From the IMG/VR virus record IMGVR_UViG_3300042544_001590, positions 124,001 to 188,000 of that record: 64,000 nucleotides of DNA, one strand, 5' to 3'. This document shows, one piece after another, positions 28,700 through 37,864 of the stretch; the first letter of the stretch is position 1; every line of letters begins with the position of its first letter. The notes below the pieces were generated by a model, which saw nothing but the letters and a program-made list of their open reading frames with translations, made no database searches and had not been told where the DNA came from. Position numbers and translations under genes: made by a program.

Positions 28700-29088
28700 A
28701 TTATGGAACAGATACAATACCCAATTAAAGTTTATGGTTATACTATAAAAGGATTTAATATTGATGGATTTAATATATTTGAAAGAATTTTTGATCATCC
28801 ATCAGATGGAATCGTAGATGAAATAGATGATGGTAAATTTATTAGAAAAACACCAGAGGATGTTGTAAAATTTAAATCTGATAATATGTTTAATTATAAA
28901 AGTTATTGGGTGAATTTTGACGAATTTAAATTATTTATGTGTGAACAAATTAAAGATTTTAAATTGAAGGCTGATGTAGAGTATAAAAATAAAATTGAAA
29001 ATATGAATGAATGTATGGTGGAATTGGAAAAAATAACACCAAGGAATTTTTGAAATTTAGCGAAACACTGAACGAAATTTAAATTATG
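28654..29088 (+). repeat. 52-bp imperfect direct repeat (28654-28705, 29037-29088) flanking ORF 28703..29053
   Basis: 47/52 identical; both copies encode TKEFLKFSETL(R/N)EI-stop-ATT-ATG. Confidence 0.85.
28703..29053 (+). CDS. AT-rich accessory protein between direct repeats
   Basis: 116 aa ORF, AAA/TTT-rich codons. Confidence 0.6.
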   Translation: MEQIQYPIKVYGYTIKGFNIDGFNIFERIFDHPSDGIVDEIDDGKFIRKTPEDVVKFKSDNMFNYKSYWVNFDEFKLFMCEQIKDFKLKADVEYKNKIENMNECMVELEKITPRNF

Positions 29089-29373
29089 AGTAATCCTTCT
29101 CCATCTTCTGCAATTATAGAAAGCGAAAGCGATCACCTATTCCTTTGCTATTGTTCCTTCGTGAACCATCTCAAGGGCAAGAAATTGTCCATCCAGAACG
29201 TTTTCGTGACCACTCTCCAAGAGGAGAAGCTGAAAACGATCCTGAAAACGATATTGTCTCTTGACTCTGATCAGGAACTTGTTAAGGTTTTCCTAGACCA
29301 AGACAACGCTCTTGCAAAGTCGAAATACGTTACGAAATTTATCAGGGGGGAACAGAAGAAGAAAAAGAAATGA
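29086..29373 (+). CDS. hypothetical protein
   Basis: 95 aa, core-like codon usage. Confidence 0.65.
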   Translation: MSNPSPSSAIIESESDHLFLCYCSFVNHLKGKKLSIQNVFVTTLQEEKLKTILKTILSLDSDQELVKVFLDQDNALAKSKYVTKFIRGEQKKKKK

Positions 29374-29669
29374 AATACACATACTCAATCCAATGCCCAT
29401 GTCTAAACGATTGGAACTCTTTCATCAAAGACGAAATCAAATCTTATTGCGATGGCTACATGGATGCCATGAAAGGAGAGATGCCACGGATTCACCTGAG
29501 AATGGTTCGTTCAGATGGTAAGATCATCAGAGAAATAACAGAACACGATGATGTGGGTATTGGCATGATCGCTGGATTTCCCACTGCCGAACAATATGAA
29601 CGGGCTGCGGAGAGGGCATTGGAGAGAGCAAGGAAAATTAGGGAAAATCAAGAGAAGAACAGACGATGA
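29370..29669 (+). CDS. hypothetical protein
   Basis: 99 aa coupled ORF. Confidence 0.6.
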   Translation: MKYTYSIQCPCLNDWNSFIKDEIKSYCDGYMDAMKGEMPRIHLRMVRSDGKIIREITEHDDVGIGMIAGFPTAEQYERAAERALERARKIRENQEKNRR

Positions 29670-29986
29670 TTACTAATTTAGGCGATACTGGTTCACAACA
29701 TTCCCATCGCAATTATTATTGTCCAACATGTAAATGTTTTGGTTGGAGAACACCACACGAAGAAGGCTGCGTTGGGGAGAAGGTTATGATTTCAGCCACC
29801 GCTAGAATACCGAGAAAAAATGCTTCTAAAAAGACATGGGATGAATTTTATGATAAGTTCGTCCTCCAGAAAGATTTGAAAGAATTTTTATCAAAACCTA
29901 AAAAAGAATCCAAATCAATGAAGACTTGGAGAATACGGAGAAAGTTGAAATCATTCGACGTTAAAACCAATAAATGGTATGACTGA
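29666..29986 (+). CDS. hypothetical protein with CxxCxC motif
   Basis: CPTCKC...H..C. Confidence 0.6.
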   Translation: MITNLGDTGSQHSHRNYYCPTCKCFGWRTPHEEGCVGEKVMISATARIPRKNASKKTWDEFYDKFVLQKDLKEFLSKPKKESKSMKTWRIRRKLKSFDVKTNKWYD

Positions 29987-30605
29987 TTTTCAAAAAAGAA
30001 TATATAACTCCCATCTCGCCATCTCCCGCAAGATGCGTGACAAACCATTTCGGATTAGAAAAGATTTCTCCGATATGGATCAAACCAAGCTGGATTACCT
30101 TGCTTCTCTGGAAAGGTTCTTCAATAGTTATAATAATATTAAAATTGATGATTACTTCTCTGCTCCTTATAGGATTTTTGAGGACACTGATTATTTTGAT
30201 TTGGAATTCTACTTGACTTCCAAGGCGAAGAAGGCATACTCCCAATATATGAAGAAGATTGAGATGGACGATCCCGATTCCGAAAGCTCTCTCAAGCGAT
30301 TGGCAGATAGTCTCAAATTTGTCAAAAATTTCTGCAAAGAAAAGGGCTTGACTTTGGAAGAATATCCACTATATATAGAGGTATCGCTGCCGAACATGAT
30401 TGAGCATCTAAAGAACCATCACATTAATATGTATTGTTTGCATTCTTTGGGTGTCTCAAAAATCGAGGTGGATAATCGGATTTTGGATTTCATATTCTCG
30501 GATTTTTGGATTACATTCCAGAAGACGAAGAATAAATACTTTCTCAGTAAGAAAATGAAGGATTTTGGGAAAAAAGCAATAACAAAAATACGAACACAAT
30601 TATGA
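29979..30605 (+). CDS. hypothetical protein (possibly gp59-like helicase loader)
   Basis: 208 aa basic helical protein just upstream of gp32; function from synteny only. Confidence 0.5.
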   Translation: MTDFQKRIYNSHLAISRKMRDKPFRIRKDFSDMDQTKLDYLASLERFFNSYNNIKIDDYFSAPYRIFEDTDYFDLEFYLTSKAKKAYSQYMKKIEMDDPDSESSLKRLADSLKFVKNFCKEKGLTLEEYPLYIEVSLPNMIEHLKNHHINMYCLHSLGVSKIEVDNRILDFIFSDFWITFQKTKNKYFLSKKMKDFGKKAITKIRTQL

Positions 30606-30844
30606 ACATGCGAGCTAAATTCAGAGTAACAGAAGTTAAAACACCATACGAAGGTCAGGAAGAATTACATTGGGTTCCCGTGACGGAATCTCCATTTAAT
30701 GAGCATGGTATTAGTGAAGATAATACTTATTCAAAATGGACACCCAGCGGTGAACTTAGAATGGTAATCACTAATCCAGCACTACTTGGAAAATATGAAG
30801 TCGGGGATAAATATTATCTCGACTTCATAAAAGCAGAACAATAA
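30602..30844 (+). CDS. small conserved phage protein
   Basis: RAKFRV...SKWTPSGELRMVITNP...YYLDF pattern. Confidence 0.65.
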   Translation: MNMRAKFRVTEVKTPYEGQEELHWVPVTESPFNEHGISEDNTYSKWTPSGELRMVITNPALLGKYEVGDKYYLDFIKAEQ

Positions 30845-30877
30845 TCTCACAACAAAAACAAACAAAATAACTAAAAT

Positions 30878-31792
30878 ATGAGCAATACAAAAACAAAAAG
30901 CAAATTCGGCGCAGCTATGTTCGATTCGATCAAAGCAGCATTAAACAAGAGCAACGATTCATCGGGAGGTCAATTCTCCAATATCATGAGTTTCCCCGCA
31001 GGACACACCTACACGCTTAGGTTGATCCCCAACGTGGAAAACTTTGAGAAGAGCGTCTTTGCTCATTGGGTGCATGGATTTACCAGCAAGGCGAGTGGTA
31101 AATACATGAGCTTTCTTGGTCTTCAAACCATGGGAGATCGTGATCCGATTTCAGATCTTCGTTGGAAGCTTTTCAAAAGCTGGAAAGAAGCAAATCCCAA
31201 GGCTGAAAACAAAGAATACAAGGCGGAAATCTCTCAAAAGGAGCAATGGCTTGTGAATGTCTATGTGATCAACGATCCCGCAAAGCCTGAGAACAATGGC
31301 ACGGTGAAGATTCTTCGCATGGGTCCACAACTCAAGAAGATCATTGACGATGCTACCGAAGGGGAGCGTTCCGATGAACTTGGATGGGATATCTTTGATC
31401 CTACCAAGGGACATGATTTCAAGATCGTGGCAGAGAAGAAAGGTGATTACACCACGTTTGAATCTTCGTTCATCACCACCAAATCCAAGACTGTTCTGGA
31501 TGAGGAAGAGATTGAAAAGATTTGTTCGGAAATCCATGATCTGGAAGCTGTGTATTCCGTGAAGACTTATGATGAGCTTCAGGAAGTTCTCAATGAACAC
31601 TTCTTCGTTGGCGAGGAAAAGGAAGAGCGTAAGCCTCTTAAACAAGCCAAGCAGGAAGCAGCTAAAGTTGAGGACGACGATGACGACATTCCCATGGTTC
31701 ACGAAGAAAAGAAATCAGCGGCAAAACCCAAGAAAGTGGAAAAGCAAGAGGACGATGAAATTGACGAACTCCTTGCAGGACTAGATGACTAA
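30878..31792 (+). CDS. gp32: single-stranded DNA-binding protein (gp32-like)
   Basis: LRLIP, NVYVINDPAKPENNGTVKI, FDPTKGHDFKI; acidic C-terminal tail. Confidence 0.88.
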   Translation: MSNTKTKSKFGAAMFDSIKAALNKSNDSSGGQFSNIMSFPAGHTYTLRLIPNVENFEKSVFAHWVHGFTSKASGKYMSFLGLQTMGDRDPISDLRWKLFKSWKEANPKAENKEYKAEISQKEQWLVNVYVINDPAKPENNGTVKILRMGPQLKKIIDDATEGERSDELGWDIFDPTKGHDFKIVAEKKGDYTTFESSFITTKSKTVLDEEEIEKICSEIHDLEAVYSVKTYDELQEVLNEHFFVGEEKEERKPLKQAKQEAAKVEDDDDDIPMVHEEKKSAAKPKKVEKQEDDEIDELLAGLDD

Positions 31793-31799
31793 CCCGATT

Positions 31800-31836
31800 C
31801 CCTCCCCATCAAGTCGGTGGGGAGGGTTTCCTTTTT
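31800..31836 (+). terminator. intrinsic terminator after gp32
   Basis: CCCTCCCCA/TGGGGAGGG stem followed by TTTCCTTTTT. Confidence 0.8.
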
Positions 31837-31842
31837 AATAAT

Positions 31843-32259
31843 ATGAATCCAGAAATTCCAGAAGAATACAAAACGATGGCTGCTCTGCTTGGGGAGAGTG
31901 CTGCCATTGATTCGTTGATGATTAATAATCCAACGACATTGGCTACCAATACCAACACCCTCAAACGAGGCATTGCTGAATACCAAGAGCAACAGAAGCG
32001 GGAACGTATGCAACCACAACAACCCGTTCCAACCCATTATTATGGTGAAACTGCAACAGCGGTTCCCGTTTATATCCCACCCCAACCTCTTCCACAAGCT
32101 CCCCAATATGCTCCCATGCCCCAAAAAGTGGATGATGGACAATTGGAACTGAATCTGGAACCATCCAAGGCGGATATCATCATCAATCTGTTGAAAGAGA
32201 TTTCCGTAAAGTTGACAAAACAAAATAGTATGTTAGAAAAAAAACAAACCGGAAAATAA
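31843..32259 (+). CDS. Pro/Gln-rich hypothetical protein
   Basis: 138 aa ORF. Confidence 0.65.
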   Translation: MNPEIPEEYKTMAALLGESAAIDSLMINNPTTLATNTNTLKRGIAEYQEQQKRERMQPQQPVPTHYYGETATAVPVYIPPQPLPQAPQYAPMPQKVDDGQLELNLEPSKADIIINLLKEISVKLTKQNSMLEKKQTGK

Positions 32260-32261
32260 TT

Positions 32262-32390
32262 ATGGGTGATTGGATAGCTTTTATTTCATTTTGGGTGGTT
32301 TTCACAGTTGGATTGATAGTATCAATTTGTGGTATTTTATCATTTTTAATTAAAATTTTAAACAAATTTACTGATTGGGAGAGACGATGA
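32262..32390 (+). CDS. small single-pass membrane peptide (42 aa)
   Basis: Manual translation MGDWIAFISFWVVFTVGLIVSICGILSFLIKILNKFTDWERR; ATGA overlap with clamp gene. Confidence 0.55.
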   Translation: MGDWIAFISFWVVFTVGLIVSICGILSFLIKILNKFTDWERR

Positions 32391-33094
32391 ATTTAAATCT
32401 AAAGAAAAAAGAATTTCAATATCTCCTTCAAAGCCTCGCCCAAATCCATGACACGTGTGTTCTGGAACTGAGGGAAGATGGTATCCACGGGATTGCCTCC
32501 AGCGAGGATAATTCCATGTTTGCCCATGCTTATCTGTCAGGAGAGTATGAGGATCAGAATCTCAATCTACCTTCTCTGAAGAAGCTTTCCAAAGCTTTGG
32601 ATATGATTTCTTCCGATGATATCAAGCTCAAGCTGAATAATAATCATCTGGAATACAAGAACAAGTCTCTGAAGTTCAAGTATCATCTCCATGAAGATGG
32701 GGTGATCACCAAACCGAAGTTGTCTCTGGAAAAGATTCGTAATTTTGAATACAATCTCCAATTTGATCTGGATTTTGAGTTCCTTTCCAATGTTCTCCAA
32801 AAATCATCCATCACAAATACCAACAAGCTCTATCTATTTACTGAGAACGATTCTCTGGTGTGGAAGCTGGGGGATGAGACGGTTCCCAATAGTGATACTC
32901 TGAGCATCGTGGGAGATGAGGTGGATTTTGAATTGGAATCTTTTATTCTAAAGATCGATAATCTAAAGCTGCTGTCCAAGGTATCCAAGACGGGAAACAT
33001 TTTCAAGATCAATTCCAAGCTTGGGGTCGGCTGCATCATCACGAAGAGTGGAGATTTTGAGATGGAATACATTTTATCGAGCCTTAAAAACTAG
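32387..33094 (+). CDS. gp45: sliding clamp (gp45/PCNA-like)
   Basis: About 235 aa with alternating beta/alpha clamp pattern; replication cluster context. Confidence 0.7.
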   Translation: MNLNLKKKEFQYLLQSLAQIHDTCVLELREDGIHGIASSEDNSMFAHAYLSGEYEDQNLNLPSLKKLSKALDMISSDDIKLKLNNNHLEYKNKSLKFKYHLHEDGVITKPKLSLEKIRNFEYNLQFDLDFEFLSNVLQKSSITNTNKLYLFTENDSLVWKLGDETVPNSDTLSIVGDEVDFELESFILKIDNLKLLSKVSKTGNIFKINSKLGVGCIITKSGDFEMEYILSSLKN

Positions 33095-33102
33095 AATACA
33101 AT
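33084..33102 (+). promoter_or_regulatory. TTAAAAACTAGA-N-TA(C/T)(A/C)(A/C)T motif, copy 1
   Basis: Identical 12-mer at 33084, 34269, 38162, 39609, 40757. Confidence 0.65.
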
Positions 33103-33223
33103 GAATGACCTTGAAAAAATATTGGATGATATTTTGGAAATTACCGAAAGGAAATATATCATTCCTGAAATTGAAGATTATTACAACGATTTGAAAGAAA
33201 TTAAACAACGAATTGAAAATTAA
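33101..33223 (+). CDS. small helical protein (40 aa)
   Basis: Manual translation MNDLEKILDDILEITERKYIIPEIEDYYNDLKEIKQRIEN. Confidence 0.45.
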   Translation: MNDLEKILDDILEITERKYIIPEIEDYYNDLKEIKQRIEN

Positions 33224-33224
33224 C

Positions 33225-33437
33225 ATGCAACAACACAGATTCAGGATTGAGGAGACTAAAGCAGTCATTGAACAGCTTCAACAAGCACAGAATAATCTCT
33301 ATGATGCGCTAATCGATATGATCGAACCAACAGAAGAACAAGAGCCTTGGTTATGGGATTACGTGTTCAACACATACCCCAAGGACAATTCGGAATACAA
33401 CCAGATGGTGGAAAGGGGAATTTACGGTGAGCTATAA
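33225..33437 (+). CDS. hypothetical protein
   Basis: MQQHRFRIEE... coupled ORF. Confidence 0.6.
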   Translation: MQQHRFRIEETKAVIEQLQQAQNNLYDALIDMIEPTEEQEPWLWDYVFNTYPKDNSEYNQMVERGIYGEL

Positions 33438-33675
33438 CGATATAACTTTGAAAGCAATAAAGACTGGCATCCAGAACAAAGCCTATGATGAGGGTTGGGA
33501 GCGCATCTTCGCCAAGAAGACCGCTCATGAATGGCTTGAAACAATGCCCGATATTCGGCTGCTTGATCCTGATGGATGGAGATGGGATGATGGGGTGACT
33601 ATGGATACTCCTATCAAATGGTCGGATTTCAATAATCGTTTGAACCACTCAACGCTCACTGGATTGATTAAATAA
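33427..33675 (+). CDS. hypothetical protein
   Basis: 82 aa, LLDPDGW motif. Confidence 0.6.
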   Translation: MSYNDITLKAIKTGIQNKAYDEGWERIFAKKTAHEWLETMPDIRLLDPDGWRWDDGVTMDTPIKWSDFNNRLNHSTLTGLIK

Positions 33676-33679
33676 GTAA

Positions 33680-34279
33680 ATGCGTCCGTTTTACGATTTT
33701 TATCTAGAGAAATTTTCTGATTTGGGTAAATTATCCCCCGAACAATTGAGAAAAGGTCAGAGACTTGATCCAAACAACCCCGATAACTTCCAACAGGTGA
33801 GCGGGAGGGTGTTTTCTCAAGCCCTTACCAACATCACAAAGAATGATGAATTTCGCCGAACGGTAAATCCAAAGTTTTTCAAGAATATCAAGAACAATCT
33901 CAGTGTTTATAAAGTTGAAGAATATCAGCGCATGAAATGTTTCCTTGGAAAGAACAATTCCAGTGGTTTTGCCATCAAGGATGGGGATGAATTGGTGTCA
34001 GTATTCTCTTCTCAAGAATCTTCTGGTAATGCGCTGGTTCAGGAAGCGATTCGGCAAGGTGCCACACGATTGGATTGTTTTGCCACACAAGATGAAAACG
34101 GTAATATCAAGGATGAGGGTTTATACAGGCTTTATAGTAGGAATGGGTTTGTGATTGACAAAACGCTGAACATGGACGGAGAATATCCTGTCAAGAATGG
34201 GATATCCTACTTCGTGGACGAAAATGGAAATGTTGATCCCACCAATCCTACCGTGGTGATCTTCATGGTTAAAAACTAG
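33680..34279 (+). CDS. GNAT-fold-like late protein
   Basis: GFAIKDGDELVSVFS...GNALVQEAIRQGATRLDCF...LYRLYSRNGF; TAAATA-N5-ATG. Confidence 0.6.
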   Translation: MRPFYDFYLEKFSDLGKLSPEQLRKGQRLDPNNPDNFQQVSGRVFSQALTNITKNDEFRRTVNPKFFKNIKNNLSVYKVEEYQRMKCFLGKNNSSGFAIKDGDELVSVFSSQESSGNALVQEAIRQGATRLDCFATQDENGNIKDEGLYRLYSRNGFVIDKTLNMDGEYPVKNGISYFVDENGNVDPTNPTVVIFMVKN

Positions 34280-34287
34280 AATACAAT
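34269..34287 (+). promoter_or_regulatory. TTAAAAACTAGA motif, copy 2
   Basis: 19/19 identical to copy 1; TACAAT ends 7 nt before ATG 34295. Confidence 0.65.
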
Positions 34288-34294
34288 TTAATCA

Positions 34295-34591
34295 ATGAAG
34301 ATACTTTATCCTGAAAAATATCAAGAAAACGCGCCAAAATCAGAAGATGTTGATTTTGATAATATCGTCAATTTTCACATTGGAAATAATTTGTCTGGTT
34401 TTTTAGATACTGTTGTGATTGTGGTGGAACACTGTGTAAATGTTCATTATTTGAATTTTGAATCTTGGATTGAAGGAAGGGCGAATACCATTTATGTGAA
34501 AACATTGGTTGATTGTAGATATCACTCTGATAATCTCAAGTTCTTGATTGAGAAATTTAGAAAAATTGAGGAGGTTTGGAATGAAGGATGA
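34295..34591 (+). CDS. hypothetical accessory protein
   Basis: 98 aa ORF. Confidence 0.55.
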   Translation: MKILYPEKYQENAPKSEDVDFDNIVNFHIGNNLSGFLDTVVIVVEHCVNVHYLNFESWIEGRANTIYVKTLVDCRYHSDNLKFLIEKFRKIEEVWNEG

Positions 34592-35399
34592 TTTAAACAT
34601 ACGGGAGCTTTACCAAAAGATAATTGAGGAGAGGGCGGCAGCTAGAGGCGTGATCTTGATGGAAAATGTGAAGATTCCTTCCAATAATTCCAGTCCCGAT
34701 CAGGTCAATTTTGATGGAAAGTCATATTCTTATGAATTGGGGGACGCTTTTTCCCTCATAGGAGACACACTTTACCATACGGAGAACACCCACCCATACA
34801 TTTTCAATTCACTTTTAAAAATTAAAAACGATCCAAAGGATTTTAAGAGGATATTAAAATCGTATTATGTGGAAATATGTGGAAAATTCAACAAATCCGA
34901 TTTGGAATACTTTTTCAATAACCAGAAAGCGGAAAGCATGGGAGATACCAGAATCAACACTCAATCTGGAAGAATCTGGAAAGATATCACCTCAACATCC
35001 GCTAAAAAGGATGTGTCGGTGGTGGTGTTTTGGTGTAGGGAGAAAGATATCCAACCGGACACGCTTAAAAAAATCAAGAAGTGTTTTACTAAAAATGATA
35101 TTTTTTGGGCTGCAACCGATTCCAAGAATTTCAACCATTTTGGGGATTCTTATCAAGACACTCCATCTGGAGAAATCAAGGAATTGAAAAGTAAAATATA
35201 TCCAGAGCTTTCTCACGAAGATATTGTGGATATCCTGATGAGAGCGCATTCAAATTTCAAGATATCTCCCTTTGAGAAGAAGGTGGTGTGGGAATTCCGA
35301 GGAATCAACCCAGAAGATTTGAAAGTTATTGATGGAGGATACCCATCGGTGGCGGAATTCAGGGATAAACAAAAATTTAGCGAAAATTATGAAAAATAA
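34581..35399 (+). CDS. hypothetical protein, putative head-internal
   Basis: Start MKDDLNIRELYQKIIEE at 34581. Confidence 0.65.
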   Translation: MKDDLNIRELYQKIIEERAAARGVILMENVKIPSNNSSPDQVNFDGKSYSYELGDAFSLIGDTLYHTENTHPYIFNSLLKIKNDPKDFKRILKSYYVEICGKFNKSDLEYFFNNQKAESMGDTRINTQSGRIWKDITSTSAKKDVSVVVFWCREKDIQPDTLKKIKKCFTKNDIFWAATDSKNFNHFGDSYQDTPSGEIKELKSKIYPELSHEDIVDILMRAHSNFKISPFEKKVVWEFRGINPEDLKVIDGGYPSVAEFRDKQKFSENYEK

Positions 35400-36048
35400 A
35401 TTTGATGAATTGTATGAACAGGTGATTATTGAAAGTGGTCTTTCAAGAGTATGGAGAAAGATTCAAAATCATTCTTCTGGCACCATCACGGCTTTTAGGG
35501 GTGATGTCCCATATCAGCAGAATATTAGAAATAATAAAAAGATACTTGCTTATCTACAATCTAAAGGATATTCGGTGACATCTATTATGGGGACATACAT
35601 TGAAAATTTTAGAGATGAAGAAAAAAAGGAGGAGATTCACGCTAGAAATGCTGGAGGTGATCCATATGATCCCGAAGAAAGACATGTTCAAGAAAGATCA
35701 TTTTTAGTAGTAAATGATAGGGTGGAAGGTGATGATGGTGGTAAATTGGCGCACGATCTTTTTAAATTGGGGGTAGCTTTTGATCAGGATTCGGTTATGA
35801 TTATTCCCGTTGGTGGTAATAACGCATATCTGTGGGGAACATCCAAAAGAGAAGAATCGTATCCCGGTTACAATATCAAAGCTCCAGTTGGTAGTGGTAA
35901 ATATGGAAAAACATCAGGAGCATTTTTATCTAAGATTAAGGGGCGAGAATTCGCGTTTGAGGCTATCAAATCACCACAAACCATAAATGGCAAGCGTGGT
36001 CAAATGATTTCGTTGAAAGAAGTTAAGAAACAACTCAATGAAATATAA
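35389..36048 (+). CDS. hypothetical protein, putative head-internal
   Basis: MKNKFDELYEQVIIE-SGLSRV...ITAFRG...E.SFLV...DQDSV pattern. Confidence 0.65.
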   Translation: MKNKFDELYEQVIIESGLSRVWRKIQNHSSGTITAFRGDVPYQQNIRNNKKILAYLQSKGYSVTSIMGTYIENFRDEEKKEEIHARNAGGDPYDPEERHVQERSFLVVNDRVEGDDGGKLAHDLFKLGVAFDQDSVMIIPVGGNNAYLWGTSKREESYPGYNIKAPVGSGKYGKTSGAFLSKIKGREFAFEAIKSPQTINGKRGQMISLKEVKKQLNEI

Positions 36049-36439
36049 TATTTTTCTGGACGACATTCGGTTTCCCAAGGATGCTTTTCTCCAAAAAGAA
36101 TTGGCATATCTCACGGAATATTCTAAAATTCCTGAAAACGAATGGGTGATCGTGAGGAATTATGAGGATTTTGTGAAAACGATTGAAGAACGCGGTATTC
36201 CAGCGGCAGCGAGTTTTGATTGTGATTTAAATTCTGAACATTTTAGACATTATGTTAAGGATAGTATTAATTCCGGTATTTATGAATGGGAAAATTTCAA
36301 ATCTAAATGTGGAATTCATTGTGCTTTATATTTGAAATCTTTATTGTGTGATGGAGATGACACAAAAGTTTTTATACATAGTGCTAATATTATTGGTAGT
36401 ATGATTATTAGAGAAATGATGAGGGCATATTTATTTTAA
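36038..36439 (+). CDS. cyclic-phosphate-processing receiver-domain-like protein
   Basis: IFLDDIR.P, WVIVRNYEDF, SFDCDL, IHSAN..G motifs. Confidence 0.75.
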   Translation: MKYNIFLDDIRFPKDAFLQKELAYLTEYSKIPENEWVIVRNYEDFVKTIEERGIPAAASFDCDLNSEHFRHYVKDSINSGIYEWENFKSKCGIHCALYLKSLLCDGDDTKVFIHSANIIGSMIIREMMRAYLF

Positions 36440-37398
36440 ATATTTTTATTTTTTGGGATTAAAATCCATCCTTTATGTATTCCTGTTTTTGATGGTTTGT
36501 TTTCTTTTCCAGCTTTTGCTAAAAAATTAAAATCCAAATTTTTTTCTCTACAAAATTCCGCGACATTATGTATTAAATATTCCTCTCCAGTGTAAATATT
36601 TTTAATAATTCTTTTAGTTTCTTGAAAAGAATCAATATTTTTTATAAATTTTTCATATTTTCTATCTAATCTAATAGATTTTGTAGAATCTTTATAAATC
36701 CATTCCAAAAATTTGAATGCATCTTTTTGAATTGATATACTACAAAGGTTTACATATTTAGTATAATATATTTCTTGAGTTGTTATCTCTATGGTTTTTA
36801 GATAATCTTTAATAAAAATTAGACATTCTGAAGTGCTTAGAAGATTTATTCTGTATCTGTTATTGATAATAGTAACATTACCATCTCCATCAAATATACC
36901 CCTAACGAAGTGTGAATAATATTTTTCTTCGATAATTGGAAATTTAAAAGATTTTGATTTATTTTCATCAACACCGTGATTTTTTATATATTGGCAAAAT
37001 TCTTTAGAATTGACTTGTAAAAATTCTATATCATAGGTTTTTCCTGTACGTTTGTCATATCTATTGATACTTGAAATTGGACTTCCAGAATCTATAGCCT
37101 TTTTAAATTTTGGTAAAACATCTTTATCCTTTACACCAATAGTTAATTTATAGCCAGATTTTTGAATACATCCATCTGCAACAATAAAACCCAACCAGTA
37201 AGCTTTTTCGGCAGAATCAATTTTTTCGAAATATTTTATATCTAATGATCTTTTTCTCATAGGTGTTGGAATTCCATTAGAATCTAATATTTTTTTGATA
37301 TGTCTAACTGTTATGTTTAAATTCTTAGAAACCTTACTCAAACTTTGGAGCTTGAGGTATTCATCTATAACTGTTTGATGTTTTATAAATTCTTTCAT
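36436..37398 (-). CDS. free-standing LAGLIDADG homing endonuclease with N-terminal HTH
   Basis: AYWLGFIVADG and FVRGIFDGDG; very AT-rich; inverted relative to neighbours. Confidence 0.85.
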   Translation of the reverse strand: MKEFIKHQTVIDEYLKLQSLSKVSKNLNITVRHIKKILDSNGIPTPMRKRSLDIKYFEKIDSAEKAYWLGFIVADGCIQKSGYKLTIGVKDKDVLPKFKKAIDSGSPISSINRYDKRTGKTYDIEFLQVNSKEFCQYIKNHGVDENKSKSFKFPIIEEKYYSHFVRGIFDGDGNVTIINNRYRINLLSTSECLIFIKDYLKTIEITTQEIYYTKYVNLCSISIQKDAFKFLEWIYKDSTKSIRLDRKYEKFIKNIDSFQETKRIIKNIYTGEEYLIHNVAEFCREKNLDFNFLAKAGKENKPSKTGIHKGWILIPKNKNI

Positions 37399-37513
37399 AA
37401 TTATTCGGGTGTATGTTTATACTTAGTCTCCTAATCTAAAAAAACGCGTATTATCCGTGATATTATGAAAGAATATCTTGCTTGACATCCAAAATTCTTC
37501 ATTAAGTATTAAC

Positions 37514-37864
37514 ATGAAGAACAACGTAAGCACACAGGGGTATTTCATCAAGAGACTTAGAGATTCTGGATTCGCTACCATCAAGCTGTTTGACAATTAT
37601 GCACAACACGATCCTCGCAAGTGGTCGATCATGGTCGATCCCAATAATACTTCCGTGATCATCACTTGTTACCAGAACAAGGAAGCTGTGGGTGATGTGA
37701 TGTTTGAGTTCAATGATGGGGGTAATCGCTTCATTAAGAACTTTAATCTCAAGACGCAGAGCATGGAAATCGTTGTCACCACCCTGATTGAAAAAGGGGT
37801 GGAGCAAATGAATATCAACTCTGAGTATGTAAAGTCTAAGTATGAATATGGCCAAGAAGGATGA
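37514..37864 (+). CDS. hypothetical protein
   Basis: MKNNVSTQGYFIKRLRDSG; TTGACA at 37482 and TAAGTA-N5-ATG. Confidence 0.7.
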   Translation: MKNNVSTQGYFIKRLRDSGFATIKLFDNYAQHDPRKWSIMVDPNNTSVIITCYQNKEAVGDVMFEFNDGGNRFIKNFNLKTQSMEIVVTTLIEKGVEQMNINSEYVKSKYEYGQEG

